From: Candidatus Aminicenantes bacterium
Lineage (GTDB): Bacteria; Acidobacteriota; Aminicenantia; Aminicenantales; Saccharicenantaceae
Direction of reading: 5' to 3'
Assembly: GCA_963773685.1 (NCBI GenBank)
Contig: CAVZBY010000002.1
Location: 274,038-338,037, forward strand
Length of the DNA: 64,000 bases
Shown: one piece after another, positions 1 to 9,726 of the stretch
How positions within the stretch are numbered: position 1 is the stretch's first letter
Layout: each line of letters opens with the position of its first letter
Notes under the pieces: generated by a model
Told to the model about the DNA's origin: nothing
Database searches by the model: none
The model's input: the letters and a program-made list of their open reading frames with translations, nothing else
Program-made: the position numbers and the translations under genes

Positions 1-675
1 GGAGGCCACCAGGAACGCTTCGTCCCCCGCGGGGCGGAATTCAAGGGCGTCCTTCATCTGAGAGGGACTGTGCTCGGCCTCGAAGATCTCGTCGAGGGAC
101 TCGCGGAGGAGCTCCCTCCGAGCCCACCGGTCGAACGGGGCCTCTCCCGCCGAGCCGTCGGGGATATGGAGGGTATGGATACAGGGGGTCTTCAGCTCGC
201 GGCCGATGAAGGCGCTGATCTTGCGGCTGCGCCGGACATGTTCGGTCCAGAAGCGGCGGACGTCCTTTTCCCGGATGGCTCAGCGTGAATCCCGAGGCGG
301 CCAGGGGATGCCCGTAGCACGCCGCGGCAAAGTCGAGCTTGACGCCTTCCTGTTTGGCCCATTCGACCCACCTCCGGAAATGGGCGGGCTCGAGGACGTT
401 GCGCTCCGGCGGGCCATCGGTGGACTCCGCGTGCACGGCGCACAGCCCGAGGCGATGGGGGGCCGGGATGAGCCGGAGGGCCTCATGAAGGTCCTCGCGG
501 AGCCCGGGAATTCCGATCGCGGGCCGCGTCGGCGCCGTCGGGTTCCGGCCGGCACTGGAGGGATAATGGGAATACGGCCGAGGGCCGCCAGGGCCTTCTC
601 CGTATCGATCCCGAGCGCGGCATATCGCTCGCGGCTCGAAGCATAATTCTCCTCGATCAATGCAGAATCCGACAT
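1..675 (-). CDS. rhaA: L-rhamnose isomerase (RhaA family), 5' part only. The C-terminus runs past the window start and the gene is interrupted by at least 2 frame shifts
   Basis: N-terminus MSDSALIEENYASSRERYAALGIDTEKALAALGRIPI matches the E. coli RhaA start (..[25 protein letters not shown]..). A downstream frame gives PAHFRRWVEWAKQEGVKLDFAAACYGHPLAASGFTLSH, matching RhaA [32 protein letters not shown]. There is a GGAGAG ribosome-binding site upstream of the ATG at 675. Frames switch near 565 and 260. Confidence 0.55.
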
Positions 676-823
676 CAGCTCTCCAGAATCCAAGGTTCCC
701 GCCCCATTTATAATCCGGCCGGAGGGCGCTGTCAAGAGCCCGGCCTCTCGGATCGCGGGCGCTGGAAAAGGCCGGGTGTTTATCCTATGATAGGAGCGCG
801 GCCCGGACGAAAGGCGCACGATA

Positions 824-2156
824 ATGACCCTCGACGACAAGCTGAGATCGCTGAGAAAAGAGCGCGCCGCCCGGTCCCGCTCGCGGAACGTCGAGGACGC
901 CTGGAACAAGATCGACCGGGACGCCGGGAACCTGACCGTCAAGGAGAAGCTCGAGCGCCTCATCAGCCTGACCGGCGGAAGATACCCGGCGAAACCTCCG
1001 GCGGCTCCGGTTTCCGGGCCCCTGCGCCGCGAGCCTTTCCGCTTCGTCGAGAACCCCTTTGCGCTCGGCACGCGCTACGGCGACGTCTCCATCGCCCAGG
1101 GGCTCGAGATCCCGGGAAAGGCGCTCGCGTTCCTGAGCCACGAGATCGGGTTCGAAGCCCTGACCCTCGATTCCGCCCTGTTCCTCGACCTCGAGACGAC
1201 GGGCCTCGCCGGCGGGACCGGGACCCTGCCCTTCCTCGTCGGCATGGGATACTACCGGGACGGAAAGTTCAAGGTCGCCCAATACTTCCTCGGCGAGATG
1301 GCCGACGAGGACGCGATGGTCCGCGACCTCTCGCGATTCATCCGGGACATGGATTTCAAGTCCGTCGTCACCTACAACGGCAAGGCGTTCGACCTCCCCC
1401 TGCTCGAGACGCGTTTCGCCATGCACCGGGAGCGTTTCCCGCTCGCCGACCTCCCGCACCTCGATTTCCTTTTCGCCGCGCGCCAGCTCTGGAAACATCA
1501 GTACGAGAGCTGCCGCCTTTTCCACCTGGCCCGGGAGATCGTCCGGGCCGAACGGGACGAGGACATCCCCGGAGCCGAGATCCCGCTCCGCTACTTCCAA
1601 TACATCCGGACGGGAGACGAATCGCTCATCGAGCCCATCCTCTATCACAACCAGGAGGACATCCTCTCGCTCCTGGGCGTCGTCATCGCCGGGGCCCTGC
1701 TCCTGGGCCGCGGCCAGCGGCCGGACGCGGGAGAGGAGATGGATCCGTTGGACCTCGTCGGCGTCGGGCGACTCTACGAAAGCGCCGGGGACATGGAGCG
1801 GTCGGCGCGAGCTTTTCGAGCAGGCCTTGAAGCGGAACCTTTCGGGCGAGCTCTCGGTCCGGGTCCACAAGAAGCTCTCTTCGCACCTCAAGAGGAACAA
1901 GGACTGGGAAAAGGCTGTCGTCCTCTGGAAGGACCTCTCGCGACAGGACCAGCTCGATGCGTTCCGGGAGCTGGCCATGTATTACGAACACAAGGAAAAG
2001 AGATACGACGAGGCCCTTCGCGCCGCGGAGGAGGGCCTGGCGATGTCCTCGGGCCTGCCCGGGCCGCACGAACAGGACTTCCGCAAGCGCCTGGAAAGGC
2101 TCCGGGGGAAGATGAAGAGGGCGGAGGCCTGTCCGGTCCGCGGGAAAAAGCGGTGA
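824..2156 (+). CDS. RNase H-like exonuclease domain plus C-terminal TPR protein (YprB/COG3359-like), 1 frame shift near 1805
   Basis: Residues 1-330 are intact and carry the ..FLDLETTGLAGGTGTLPFLVGMGY..YNGKAFDLPLLETRF..YHNQEDILSL.. motifs of a predicted exonuclease. The C-terminal TPR tail continues in ORF 1827..2156 (DQLDAFRELAMYYEHKEKRYDEALRAAEEGL). Confidence 0.55.
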
Positions 2157-3156
2157 AAGCGATGGTCCTCCGGGCTTTCGGCCCGGTCGAACGCGAACCC
2201 CTCGAATACGGCGATATCCCGACGCCCGAGCCCGGGCCCGGAGAGATCCTCGTAAAGGTTTCATGCTGCGGCGTCTGCCATACCGACCTCCATACGGTCG
2301 AAGGCGAGCTCGAGGGCGTCAGCCTTCCGCGCGTCCCCGGCCATGAGGTCGTCGGGACCGTCGTCAGGGCGGGGGAGGGGACGGCAGGGCGATTCGCTCC
2401 CGGCGAGAGGGTCGGCATCGCTTGGCTTCATCGTGCCTGCGGCAAGTGCCGGTATTGCCTGAGCGGGCGTGAGAACCTCTGTCCGGATGCGCGTCTTCAC
2501 GGGCCTGGGCGCCGACGGCGGGTACGCCGAGTACCTCACGGTCCCCGAAGCGTTCGCCTATGCCATCCCCGGGGGTTTCGGGGACGCGGAGGCGGCGCCG
2601 CTCCTGTGCGCGGGGATCATCGGCTTCCGGGCTCTCCGGATATCCGGGATATCGCCCGGGGCCGTACTTGGGCTGTATGGATTCGGAGCTTCGGCCCATA
2701 TCGCCATCCAGATCGCAAGATACTGGGGGTGCGAGGTGTACGTGTTCTCGAGGAGCGAGGAGCACAGGGCCCTGGCTCGGGAGCTGGGCGCGGCATGGAC
2801 GGGCTCGGCACAGGACGAACCTCCGCGGAAGCTCGATGGCGGCTATCATCTTCGCGCCGGCGGGAGGCCTCGTGCCCATGGCCCTTCGCGTCCTGGATAG
2901 GGGAGGGACAGTCGCCTTGGCCGGCATCTCCATGACGCCCATCCCTGCGATGGAGTACGGCCCATATCTCTATCACGAGAAGGTCCTCCGAAGCGTCGCC
3001 AACGCCACGCGTCAGGATGGGGCGGATCTCCTGCGGCTGGCCGCGGAGATCCCCATCCGGACCACCGTCAGGACGTTTCCGCTGGCCCGGGCGAACGCGG
3101 TCCTGCGCCTTCTCAAAGAAGGCCGGATAACAGGCGCCGCCGTCCTGACCGTATAG
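2154..3156 (+). CDS. Zn-dependent alcohol dehydrogenase (MDR family), 2 frame shifts near 2490 and 2830
   Basis: [32 protein letters not shown].. and a structural-zinc motif [15 protein letters not shown]. The middle ([37 protein letters not shown]) and the C-terminus ([19 protein letters not shown]) sit in two other frames. GTG start overlaps the upstream stop (GTGA). Confidence 0.7.
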
Positions 3157-3340
3157 TTCCAACCTATCCGGCGTCCTGCCAAACGGGACGCCGGGTCCTT
3201 CAATACCGTCGGGGCCTTCCTGTTTCCCAGGGGAAAGAGGCGGAACGGCGGGAGTGGCTGTTTGGCATAAATCTTGCCGCAGAAGGGGACGACGGCGCTT
3301 GGCGCCGGATGGATCATTAGTAGGATTCGAGGAGGGATTT

Positions 3341-3961
3341 ATGAACTCATCGTTAAATCGCCTGTTGGCGGTGCTTGTCGCCGTCATCCTCGCCGCGCCC
3401 CTGGCCGTCCCGGCAACGGCGGCGGCCCAGGAAATGTCCGATCAGGACAAGAAGATGATGGAGATGATGCAGAAGTACGGCACGCCCGGGAAGCCCCATC
3501 AACTGCTTATGAAGTACGCCGGGGATTGGGAGGTCGAGATCAAGACCTGGCGCAAACCCGACACGGAGCCCGAGATCAGCCTGGGCACGATGAAAAACAA
3601 GATCATCTTCGACGGCCGCTTCGTCAAGTGCAATTTCGAAGGGATGATGGGGGGCATGAAGGCCGTGGGGCTCGAGATCATCGGCTACGACCTCTACCAG
3701 GACAAATATGTCACGTTCTGGATCGACGGCTGGAGCACGAGCTTCGCCCTGACGACCGGGACGCTCGACGCCTCGGGGATGGTCCTCACGGAGACAGGCA
3801 CCTATCCGGACCCGATGACCGCGGGCAAGACGGTACAGAAGGTCAAGAACGTGACCAAGTTCATGCCGAAGGGGGGATATAAGTTCGAGATGTTCATGAT
3901 CATGCCCGACGGGAAAGAGGTCAAAGGCATGGAGATCGTCACGAAGCGGAAGATGATGTGA
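3341..3961 (+). CDS. secreted DUF1579-family protein
   Basis: GAGGAGGG ribosome-binding site, then signal peptide MNSSLNRLLAVLVAVILAAPLAVPATAAAQ. The body (..HQLLMKYAGDWEVEIKTW..FDGRFVKCNFEG..GYDLYQDKYVTFWIDGWST..) is typical of DUF1579. Intact. Confidence 0.5.
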   Translation: MNSSLNRLLAVLVAVILAAPLAVPATAAAQEMSDQDKKMMEMMQKYGTPGKPHQLLMKYAGDWEVEIKTWRKPDTEPEISLGTMKNKIIFDGRFVKCNFEGMMGGMKAVGLEIIGYDLYQDKYVTFWIDGWSTSFALTTGTLDASGMVLTETGTYPDPMTAGKTVQKVKNVTKFMPKGGYKFEMFMIMPDGKEVKGMEIVTKRKMM

Positions 3962-4020
3962 CGCGTCGTCCGGCTCCCGATCGGCGGGCGCCGGGGGAAT
4001 CGGGGGAAAGGAGAGGATAG

Positions 4021-4392
4021 ATGGACAAGGTCATCATGTTCGAGCTTCCGGTCAACAACCTGAAACGGGCCTCGGCGTTCTACAAGAAGGCCTTCGGCTG
4101 GCGTATCGACGAGTGGAACGGCTCCTTCGGCGTCGTGACCGTCCCTGAAGACAAGAACTGGGTCCCCAAGGAGAAGGGAGCGATCAACGGAGAGATGTAC
4201 CGGCGGGAATCCAAGGAAGACCGGGCGCTCGTGGTCGTCCAGGTCTCTTCGATCGCGCGTACGCTGGACAAGCTGAAAAGGGCCGGCGGGAAGGTCGTCT
4301 CCGAAAAGGAGGCCTACGGCGATTGGGGTTGGTACACGCGCGTCAAGGATCCCGAGGGCAATCTCTTCGGGCTCTGGGAGCACAAGAAGTAA
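4021..4392 (+). CDS. VOC-family (glyoxalase/bleomycin-resistance fold) protein
   Basis: 123 aa, intact, GGAAAGGAGAGG ribosome-binding site. FELPVNNLKRASAFYKKAFGW..GNLFGLWEH are typical VOC core motifs. Confidence 0.6.
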   Translation: MDKVIMFELPVNNLKRASAFYKKAFGWRIDEWNGSFGVVTVPEDKNWVPKEKGAINGEMYRRESKEDRALVVVQVSSIARTLDKLKRAGGKVVSEKEAYGDWGWYTRVKDPEGNLFGLWEHKK

Positions 4393-4507
4393 GACAGGGA
4401 ATCGCTTAAGGCATTGACGTCCTCGGGGCCCATCGATTATCCTGCCCCTGTAGCCGCAGGCTTTAGCCCGCGTCTTCCTTAAGCCTCAGGTCAGCAGAGA
4501 GGAATCC

Positions 4508-4990
4508 ATGGACATCAAGGTCGTTGCCATCGACAAGCCGGAGGACATGAATTTCATCCTCGGCCAGGCCCATTTCATCAAGACCGTCGAGGACCTTCAC
4601 GAGGCCATCGTCACGACCGCGCCGCAGATGAAGTTCGGGCTCGCCTTCTGCGAATCGTCGGGGGAGGCCCTCGTCCGCTGGTCGGGCAACGACGACACCC
4701 TCGTCGATATCGCCCGGAAGAACGCCCTGGCCCTGGCGACCGGCCATGCGTTCATCATCTTCATGGCGAACGGCTTCCCGGTCAACATCCTCAACGCCGT
4801 CAAGAACGTGCCCGAGGTCTGCCGGATCTATTGCGCGACGGCCAATCCCGTCGAGGTCATCGTCGCCGAGACCGCGACGGGCCGGGGCATCCTGGGCGTC
4901 GTCGACGGCGTGAAAAGCAAGGGCGTCGAGGGGCCCGACGGCATAGCCTGGCGCAAGGGTTTCCTGAGGAAGATCGGCTATAAGTTCTGA
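4508..4990 (+). CDS. adenosine-specific-kinase family protein (PF04008/DUF355-like)
   Basis: 160 aa, intact. MDIKVVAIDKPEDMNFILGQAHFIKTVEDLHEAIVTTAPQMKFGLAFCESSG closely resembles the conserved N-terminus of that family. Confidence 0.5.
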   Translation: MDIKVVAIDKPEDMNFILGQAHFIKTVEDLHEAIVTTAPQMKFGLAFCESSGEALVRWSGNDDTLVDIARKNALALATGHAFIIFMANGFPVNILNAVKNVPEVCRIYCATANPVEVIVAETATGRGILGVVDGVKSKGVEGPDGIAWRKGFLRKIGYKF

Positions 4991-5090
4991 GGCTCGGAAC
5001 TTCCGCTTGAACCGCGGGCGCCGCCCCGGACACGGGCGACCTTGACCTTCGCTTTTTCTTACGCTATCATTATCTGGCTTTTCCTGACGT

Positions 5091-5164
5091 GCGCCCGTAG
5101 CTCAGTTGGATAGAGCGTCTGACTACGAATCAGCAGGTCGGGTGTTCGAGTCACCCCGGGCGCG
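5091..5164 (+). tRNA. tRNA-Arg (anticodon ACG)
   Basis: Cloverleaf read by hand. Acceptor stem GCGCCCG/CGGGCGC, D-arm GCTCAGTTGGATAGAGC, anticodon stem-loop TCTGA-CTACGAA-TCAGC (anticodon ACG), T-arm GGGTG-TTCGAGT-CACCC, discriminator G. No encoded CCA. Confidence 0.9.
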
Positions 5165-5589
5165 CTTTCCTTTCTTCACCTTATAAATCAGCGGGTTAGG
5201 GCTGATCTATACCCCTCGTGTTGTCGCTCAGAATCCCCAATAAGATGCATGTTTCCAGGACGCCGCTCCACAGGCCGACCAGGACGAATCGAAGAAAAAG
5301 CTTCGACAGCTGCGATAGGGCGATCAATTCAGGCCGGATCGGAGGGCCATATGTCGTTTTATAGGACCTTTGCTGTTTAATTGGACAATGATCTGGAAAG
5401 AATCCAGTTCAGATCGGGGGACCGGGCTGCCCCAAATCTAATGGGCGCGATTCTCAGCCTGCCGGCCGAACGGAAAGCATTTGGCATGAAAGCCGCACCT
5501 GTAAGGGCAGCCTCTGTAGAATTCATGGCGTGATCCGATAGCGGAAGGGCGCAGGACAGCGAGAGGCATGAGGAAACAAGGAGGTCAGT

Positions 5590-6135
5590 ATGCGTGAGAT
5601 TATCTTGATCATCGCTTTGGCCGTGGTCGTGATCGCGGGCATCGCCACTTTGCTCATTCTGCGAAAGCGCCGGACCGAAAGACTGCGCAGCAAGTTCGGC
5701 GGCGCTGAATACGCCCGTGCCGTGAAGGAAGGGGGCAGCCGGCGGCACGCGGAGGCCGGGCTCGACAAGCGCACGGAGCGAGTCGATCGTTTCCACGTCC
5801 GGCCCCTTGCGCCCGCCGATCGCACGCGTTTTGAAGACTCCTGGCGCAGGATCCAGGCGCGATTTGTGGACGGCCCCGCTCTTGCGGTAGGGGAAGCCGA
5901 CCAGCTCCTGGGGGACGTGATGTCGACGCGAGGCTATCCGGTAAGCGACTTCGAACAGCGTGCCGCTGATATCTCCGTGGACCATCCCCTGGTCATGGAA
6001 AATTATCGAAAAGCCCACGAAATCGCGCTTCGCCAGACAAAGGGGCAGGCGAGTACGGAAGAGTTGCGACAGGCCATGATCCATTACCGGACCCTATTCG
6101 AGGAGCTGGTCAGCGAGCGGGAACATCCTGTATGA
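5590..6135 (+). CDS. hypothetical membrane-anchored protein (one N-terminal TM helix plus a charged cytoplasmic domain)
   Basis: 181 aa, intact, AGGAGG ribosome-binding site. TM helix IILIIALAVVVIAGIATLLIL followed by RKRR. It lies in a lower-GC stretch downstream of the tRNA. No family recognised. Confidence 0.4.
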   Translation: MREIILIIALAVVVIAGIATLLILRKRRTERLRSKFGGAEYARAVKEGGSRRHAEAGLDKRTERVDRFHVRPLAPADRTRFEDSWRRIQARFVDGPALAVGEADQLLGDVMSTRGYPVSDFEQRAADISVDHPLVMENYRKAHEIALRQTKGQASTEELRQAMIHYRTLFEELVSEREHPV

Positions 6136-6212
6136 AGGCGGCGTCAAGAAGTCGGCTTATGAAATAGCCGAACGCTTCTTGAGGCCCTGAGGGGACCGGC
6201 GGATCCGGCGAT

Positions 6213-6863
6213 TCAGCCCGTCGTCTGCGCCCCGCGGCGTCCACGAAACAATAAGGTCAACGCGAACCCCGCCACGAACCCGCCGATATGCGCCATGTAA
6301 GCGACGCCGCCGGTCTGCGCCGCTCCGGCAATGGAGCCAAGCCCGCTGAATAACTGCAGGACGATCCACATCCCAATGACTATCAGCGCGGGCACTTGAA
6401 CCACCTGTTGACCCTGTAATACTTTGACCTTCCCCTTTGGGAACAGCAGAATGTAGGCCCCGAGCACCCCCGCGATCGCTCCCGAAGCTCCCAAATTCGG
6501 CACCTTTGATCCCTGGCTGAACGCCAACTGCGCAAAAGTCGCCACAAGCCCGCAGAGCAGGTAGAAGATCATGAACTTGATGTGCCCGAAACGGTCCTCC
6601 ACATTATCACCGAAGATCCATAAGTACAGCATGTTGCCTCCCAGGTGAAGCCACCCGGCATGCATGAACATGGAAGTGAAGAGCGTCAGAAGATCACCTG
6701 AGGGATCGGCGAGGAATCGGCCGGGAACGAAAGCCCACTTCCCAATAAAAGCGTCACCGCCTCTGAGTTCCACAAAGAAGAACAGGACGTTCAGAGCGAT
6801 CAGGGCATATGTGACCAGCGGAACGGTCCTGCGAGAGCCGTCGTCATCACCGATCGGTAACAT
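6213..6863 (-). CDS. rhomboid-family intramembrane serine protease
   Basis: 216 aa, intact, multi-pass. Catalytic Ser motif GASGAIAG and His motif AHIGGFVAG, with rhomboid-like HAGWLHLGGNMLYLWIFG. Confidence 0.7.
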   Translation of the reverse strand: MLPIGDDDGSRRTVPLVTYALIALNVLFFFVELRGGDAFIGKWAFVPGRFLADPSGDLLTLFTSMFMHAGWLHLGGNMLYLWIFGDNVEDRFGHIKFMIFYLLCGLVATFAQLAFSQGSKVPNLGASGAIAGVLGAYILLFPKGKVKVLQGQQVVQVPALIVIGMWIVLQLFSGLGSIAGAAQTGGVAYMAHIGGFVAGFALTLLFRGRRGAQTTG

Positions 6864-7246
6864 TGGATTTCCCTCCTGCTTCCTGAGTATCCGCGGAGGC
6901 CGCGGCGCTAACGACTCCAGGCTGGCACTTGAAAAGAAGATCCATTCCCGCCTTTATCCGACCTGCCTTCACCCAATGTACCACTATTTCAGTATGGCAT
7001 GCCAGGGAATATGTTCGTTATTGCAGGACTTGTGCTGCTTTAAAGGACAATCGCGCCGGAACGATCCGGTTATTTCGCAGGAACGGGCTGCCCCGTGATC
7101 CTTAATGGGCGATCTCGACCTCAAAGAGGGATTCCCCGCCTGCCGGCCCAGGGAATGGACTTGGCACAAAAACCGCAGATGCATGAAACAACCGGCCTGG
7201 AAAGGACTGATGGCCGAATAACGTATCCATATACAGGAGGCAGAAG

Positions 7247-7411
7247 ATGGGCGAAATCGTGGACAAGAGCAAAGGCAAGATCAAGCAGGCGGTGGGGGAC
7301 TTGACCGGCAACAAGAAGCTCAAGCAAGAGGGCGAGAGGGATGTACTCAAGGGACGATTAAAGGGCGTGGTCAAAGATGTGAAGCGCGCGGTCAAAGATG
7401 CCGTGAAGTAA
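7247..7411 (+). CDS. csbD: CsbD-family general stress protein (54 aa)
   Basis: Absent from the 60-aa-minimum ORF track. AGGAGG ribosome-binding site 6 nt upstream. MGEIVDKSKGKIKQAVGDLTGNKKLKQEGERDVLKGRLKGVVKDVKRAVKDAVK is a canonical CsbD repeat. Confidence 0.6.
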   Translation: MGEIVDKSKGKIKQAVGDLTGNKKLKQEGERDVLKGRLKGVVKDVKRAVKDAVK

Positions 7412-7481
7412 GAATGGACGCGGAGTCCAAGAGTCCTCGAGAAGGATACGGATACCACACAAATACCGGGAGGAAATCACC

Positions 7482-7571
7482 ATGAGTAACACAACACTCA
7501 TCATCATCATCGTTTTGGCGGTCCTTTTACTCGGCGGGGGCGGCGGATACTATTGGAGGAAACGGCGGTAG
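7482..7571 (+). CDS. small hydrophobic peptide (29 aa, single TM helix, GGGGG then YYWRKRR tail)
   Basis: GGGAGGAAATCACC ATG ribosome-binding site. MSNTTLIIIIVLAVLLLGGGGGYYWRKRR*. It sits 70 nt after csbD, a typical stress-locus small membrane peptide. Confidence 0.3.
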   Translation: MSNTTLIIIIVLAVLLLGGGGGYYWRKRR

Positions 7572-7660
7572 GGGCTATTGCTGCCGTCCTGGAGCGCGCG
7601 ATCGCCGACCCACGACGGGCTTGCTTGTGATCCATCCTCGGGAGGCGCTCTCCGCGATCA

Positions 7661-7689
7661 TTGACAGTGCCTCCCGGACGGTGATAAAT
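7661..7689 (+). promoter_or_regulatory. sigma70-like promoter candidate for the aldo/keto reductase gene
   Basis: TTGACA, a 17-nt spacer, then ATAAAT, about 120 nt upstream of the 7810 start. Confidence 0.35.
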
Positions 7690-7809
7690 TCCCAGCTGTG
7701 GTCAGGGTCGGGGGAATCGGCGCCTGGGGCGGCTATCCGCCGGTCCGGGAAATCAGGAAATCTCCGTCCACTGATCCCATTCTCCTAAGGCGTCCGGAGG
7801 CATAAGAAC

Positions 7810-9024
7810 ATGAGCCAAAACCAACGTCGTGAATTCCTCAAGAAGGGTCTCGTCGGGATATGCGGGGCGACCATTATCCCGGGTGCGTCGATGGCCTCTT
7901 TCGGAAAACGGGGCGAACGGGATGCCTTCCCCGCGCTGGCCAGCCGGACGTTGGGGAGGACCGGGATCAAGACCCCCCTGATCAGCATGGGGACCAGCGA
8001 GGTCAGCAGCGTCGACCTTGTCCGCAGGGGATACGATGCGGGCATAAAGCTCTTCTTTTCAGCCACCTACTATGGCGAAGGAAACAACGAAAGACTGGTG
8101 GGCGAGGCGTTGAAAGGCCTGCCGCGCGATTCGTTCGTCGTCGGGACGGCCGCCACCCCCGAGGGCCTCGATCCCCGGGCCGGCACGCTCCCCAAAGACA
8201 TGACGGCTCAAGCCTATATGCGGACGGCCGAGGAGAGCCTGAAACGGTTCGGGCTCGATCACGTGGATATCCTGTTATTGCCCTTTGCGGGCAATAGGGA
8301 ATACGTCCTATCCGATCCGATATTGGAGGCCATGACGGAGCTCAAGAAGCAGGGTAAGATCCGCTTCGCGGGGATCGCCACGCACGGCGGCTGCGAGGAG
8401 GCTCTCAGAGCCGCCGCCGACGCCAAGGTTTACGATGTGGCGATGACAGCGTACAACTTCAAGACCGAAAACAAGGATGCCATGAACGAAGCCCTGGCCT
8501 ATGCGGCGAAAGAGGGAATGGGCATCGTCGCCATGAAGACGACCGCCGGCGTCGCCCGGGACAAGAACAGGACGAATCCGCTGAATATCGGCGCCGCCTT
8601 GAAATGGGTGCTTCAGAATCCGAATATTTCAAGCATCGTTTCAGGAATGTCCTCGATCGAAGAATTGCGGAAGAACCTGGAGATGATCCAGGACCCGCGG
8701 CTTTCCGATCAGGATCTGAAAGATCTCGAACTGGCGGACATGGGAACCGAACCCGGCTTGTATTGCCGTCAATGCCGGAAGTGCGTTCCCCAGTGCCCGA
8801 ATAACCTGGATATTCCGACCTTGATGCGCAGCTATATGTACGCTTATGGATACCGAAATGTCGTGCACGCCCGGCATACACTCGACACCGTCGATATGTC
8901 CGGCAAGCCATGCGAGAAATGCGGGGTTTGCAGGGTCACCTGCGGCTCCGGGTTCGACGTCAAGGACAGGATCCAGGATATCGTCAGGCTGAAGGATGTT
9001 CCTCTGGATTTCTTAAGGGCCTAG
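7810..9024 (+). CDS. Tat-exported aldo/keto reductase with a C-terminal Cys-rich (ferredoxin-like) extension
   Basis: 404 aa, intact. Tat motif QRREFLKKG, an aldo/keto-reductase core (..LGRTGIKTPLISMGT..GIKLFFSATYYGEG..VDILLLPF..) and a C-terminal CxxCxxCxxxCP..CEKCGVCRVTCG cluster. Confidence 0.65.
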   Translation: MSQNQRREFLKKGLVGICGATIIPGASMASFGKRGERDAFPALASRTLGRTGIKTPLISMGTSEVSSVDLVRRGYDAGIKLFFSATYYGEGNNERLVGEALKGLPRDSFVVGTAATPEGLDPRAGTLPKDMTAQAYMRTAEESLKRFGLDHVDILLLPFAGNREYVLSDPILEAMTELKKQGKIRFAGIATHGGCEEALRAAADAKVYDVAMTAYNFKTENKDAMNEALAYAAKEGMGIVAMKTTAGVARDKNRTNPLNIGAALKWVLQNPNISSIVSGMSSIEELRKNLEMIQDPRLSDQDLKDLELADMGTEPGLYCRQCRKCVPQCPNNLDIPTLMRSYMYAYGYRNVVHARHTLDTVDMSGKPCEKCGVCRVTCGSGFDVKDRIQDIVRLKDVPLDFLRA

Positions 9025-9121
9025 GAGAAGACCCGCCGGATCGCTCTGGGCACTTCTCCCGCAATGGGGGCCCTCAAGGCCGGTAACTCCATTGAGGATT
9101 CAGGGAGCGGCCGTCCTCGGA

Positions 9122-9589
9122 TCACCTCGGCACCGAGAAGCTTGCGATCTTGGGCTTCGCGAGCTTGACGTAATCGTCGTATTTGAGCTTGACGAGCTCG
9201 GAGTGGGAGCAGGCGTTGAAGGCGATCTCCGTGTTCTCGGCGAGGAGCGCGTCCACGAGGACATCCATCCCGTAGAGGTTCCCGAAGGGCGGCATGGCGC
9301 CGGTGTCGCAGCCCGGGAACATGTCCTTGAAATCGGCCTCGTGGGCGATCTCGACATCGCGCGCCGCGACGGCCTTCTTCAGGAGCGGAAGGTCGAGCTT
9401 GTGCGACGCGGGCAGGACGGCGATGGTCATCCGGCCGTCGATCCTGAGGACGACGGTCTTGGCCAGCTCCTTTCCCGGGATGTGGGCGGAAGCCGCGGTC
9501 TCCTGGGCGGTAAAGGCCGTCGAATGACGGATCGTGACGTACTTGACCTTGTTCGCGTCCAGGAATTCCCTGAGCTTTTGGATAGGCAT
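9122..9589 (-). CDS. ybaK: YbaK/ProX-type aminoacyl-tRNA deacylase domain protein
   Basis: 155 aa, intact. ..KTVVLRIDGRMTIAVLPASHKLDL..GCDTGAMPPFGNLYGMDVLVDALL.. fits the YbaK/EbsC fold. Confidence 0.55.
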   Translation of the reverse strand: MPIQKLREFLDANKVKYVTIRHSTAFTAQETAASAHIPGKELAKTVVLRIDGRMTIAVLPASHKLDLPLLKKAVAARDVEIAHEADFKDMFPGCDTGAMPPFGNLYGMDVLVDALLAENTEIAFNACSHSELVKLKYDDYVKLAKPKIASFSVPR

Positions 9590-9726
9590 GACCCCTCCTT
9601 ACGACCCTGGCGTTCCCTTTATCAACTTAGGTTCGCCCCGGAACGTTGTCAAGCGCCTCCATGGGAAGCCGCACCGGTTGCACTTTGCCTGCCCCTGGGC
9701 TAGAATCCCATTTTCGGAGGTGCCCC

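Noticed and set aside
1800-1830. Programmed ribosomal frame-shifting or translational recoding as the explanation for the split genes
   Set aside because: Frame changes occur in about 25 unrelated genes at non-conserved positions without slippery heptamers. Indel error or pseudogenisation is far more parsimonious.
5165-5590. Integrase or attachment site expected next to tRNA-Arg
   Set aside because: No tyrosine or serine recombinase ORF and no direct repeat of the tRNA 3' end were found in the window. Only a compositional shift was seen, so this is treated as a weak islet hypothesis.
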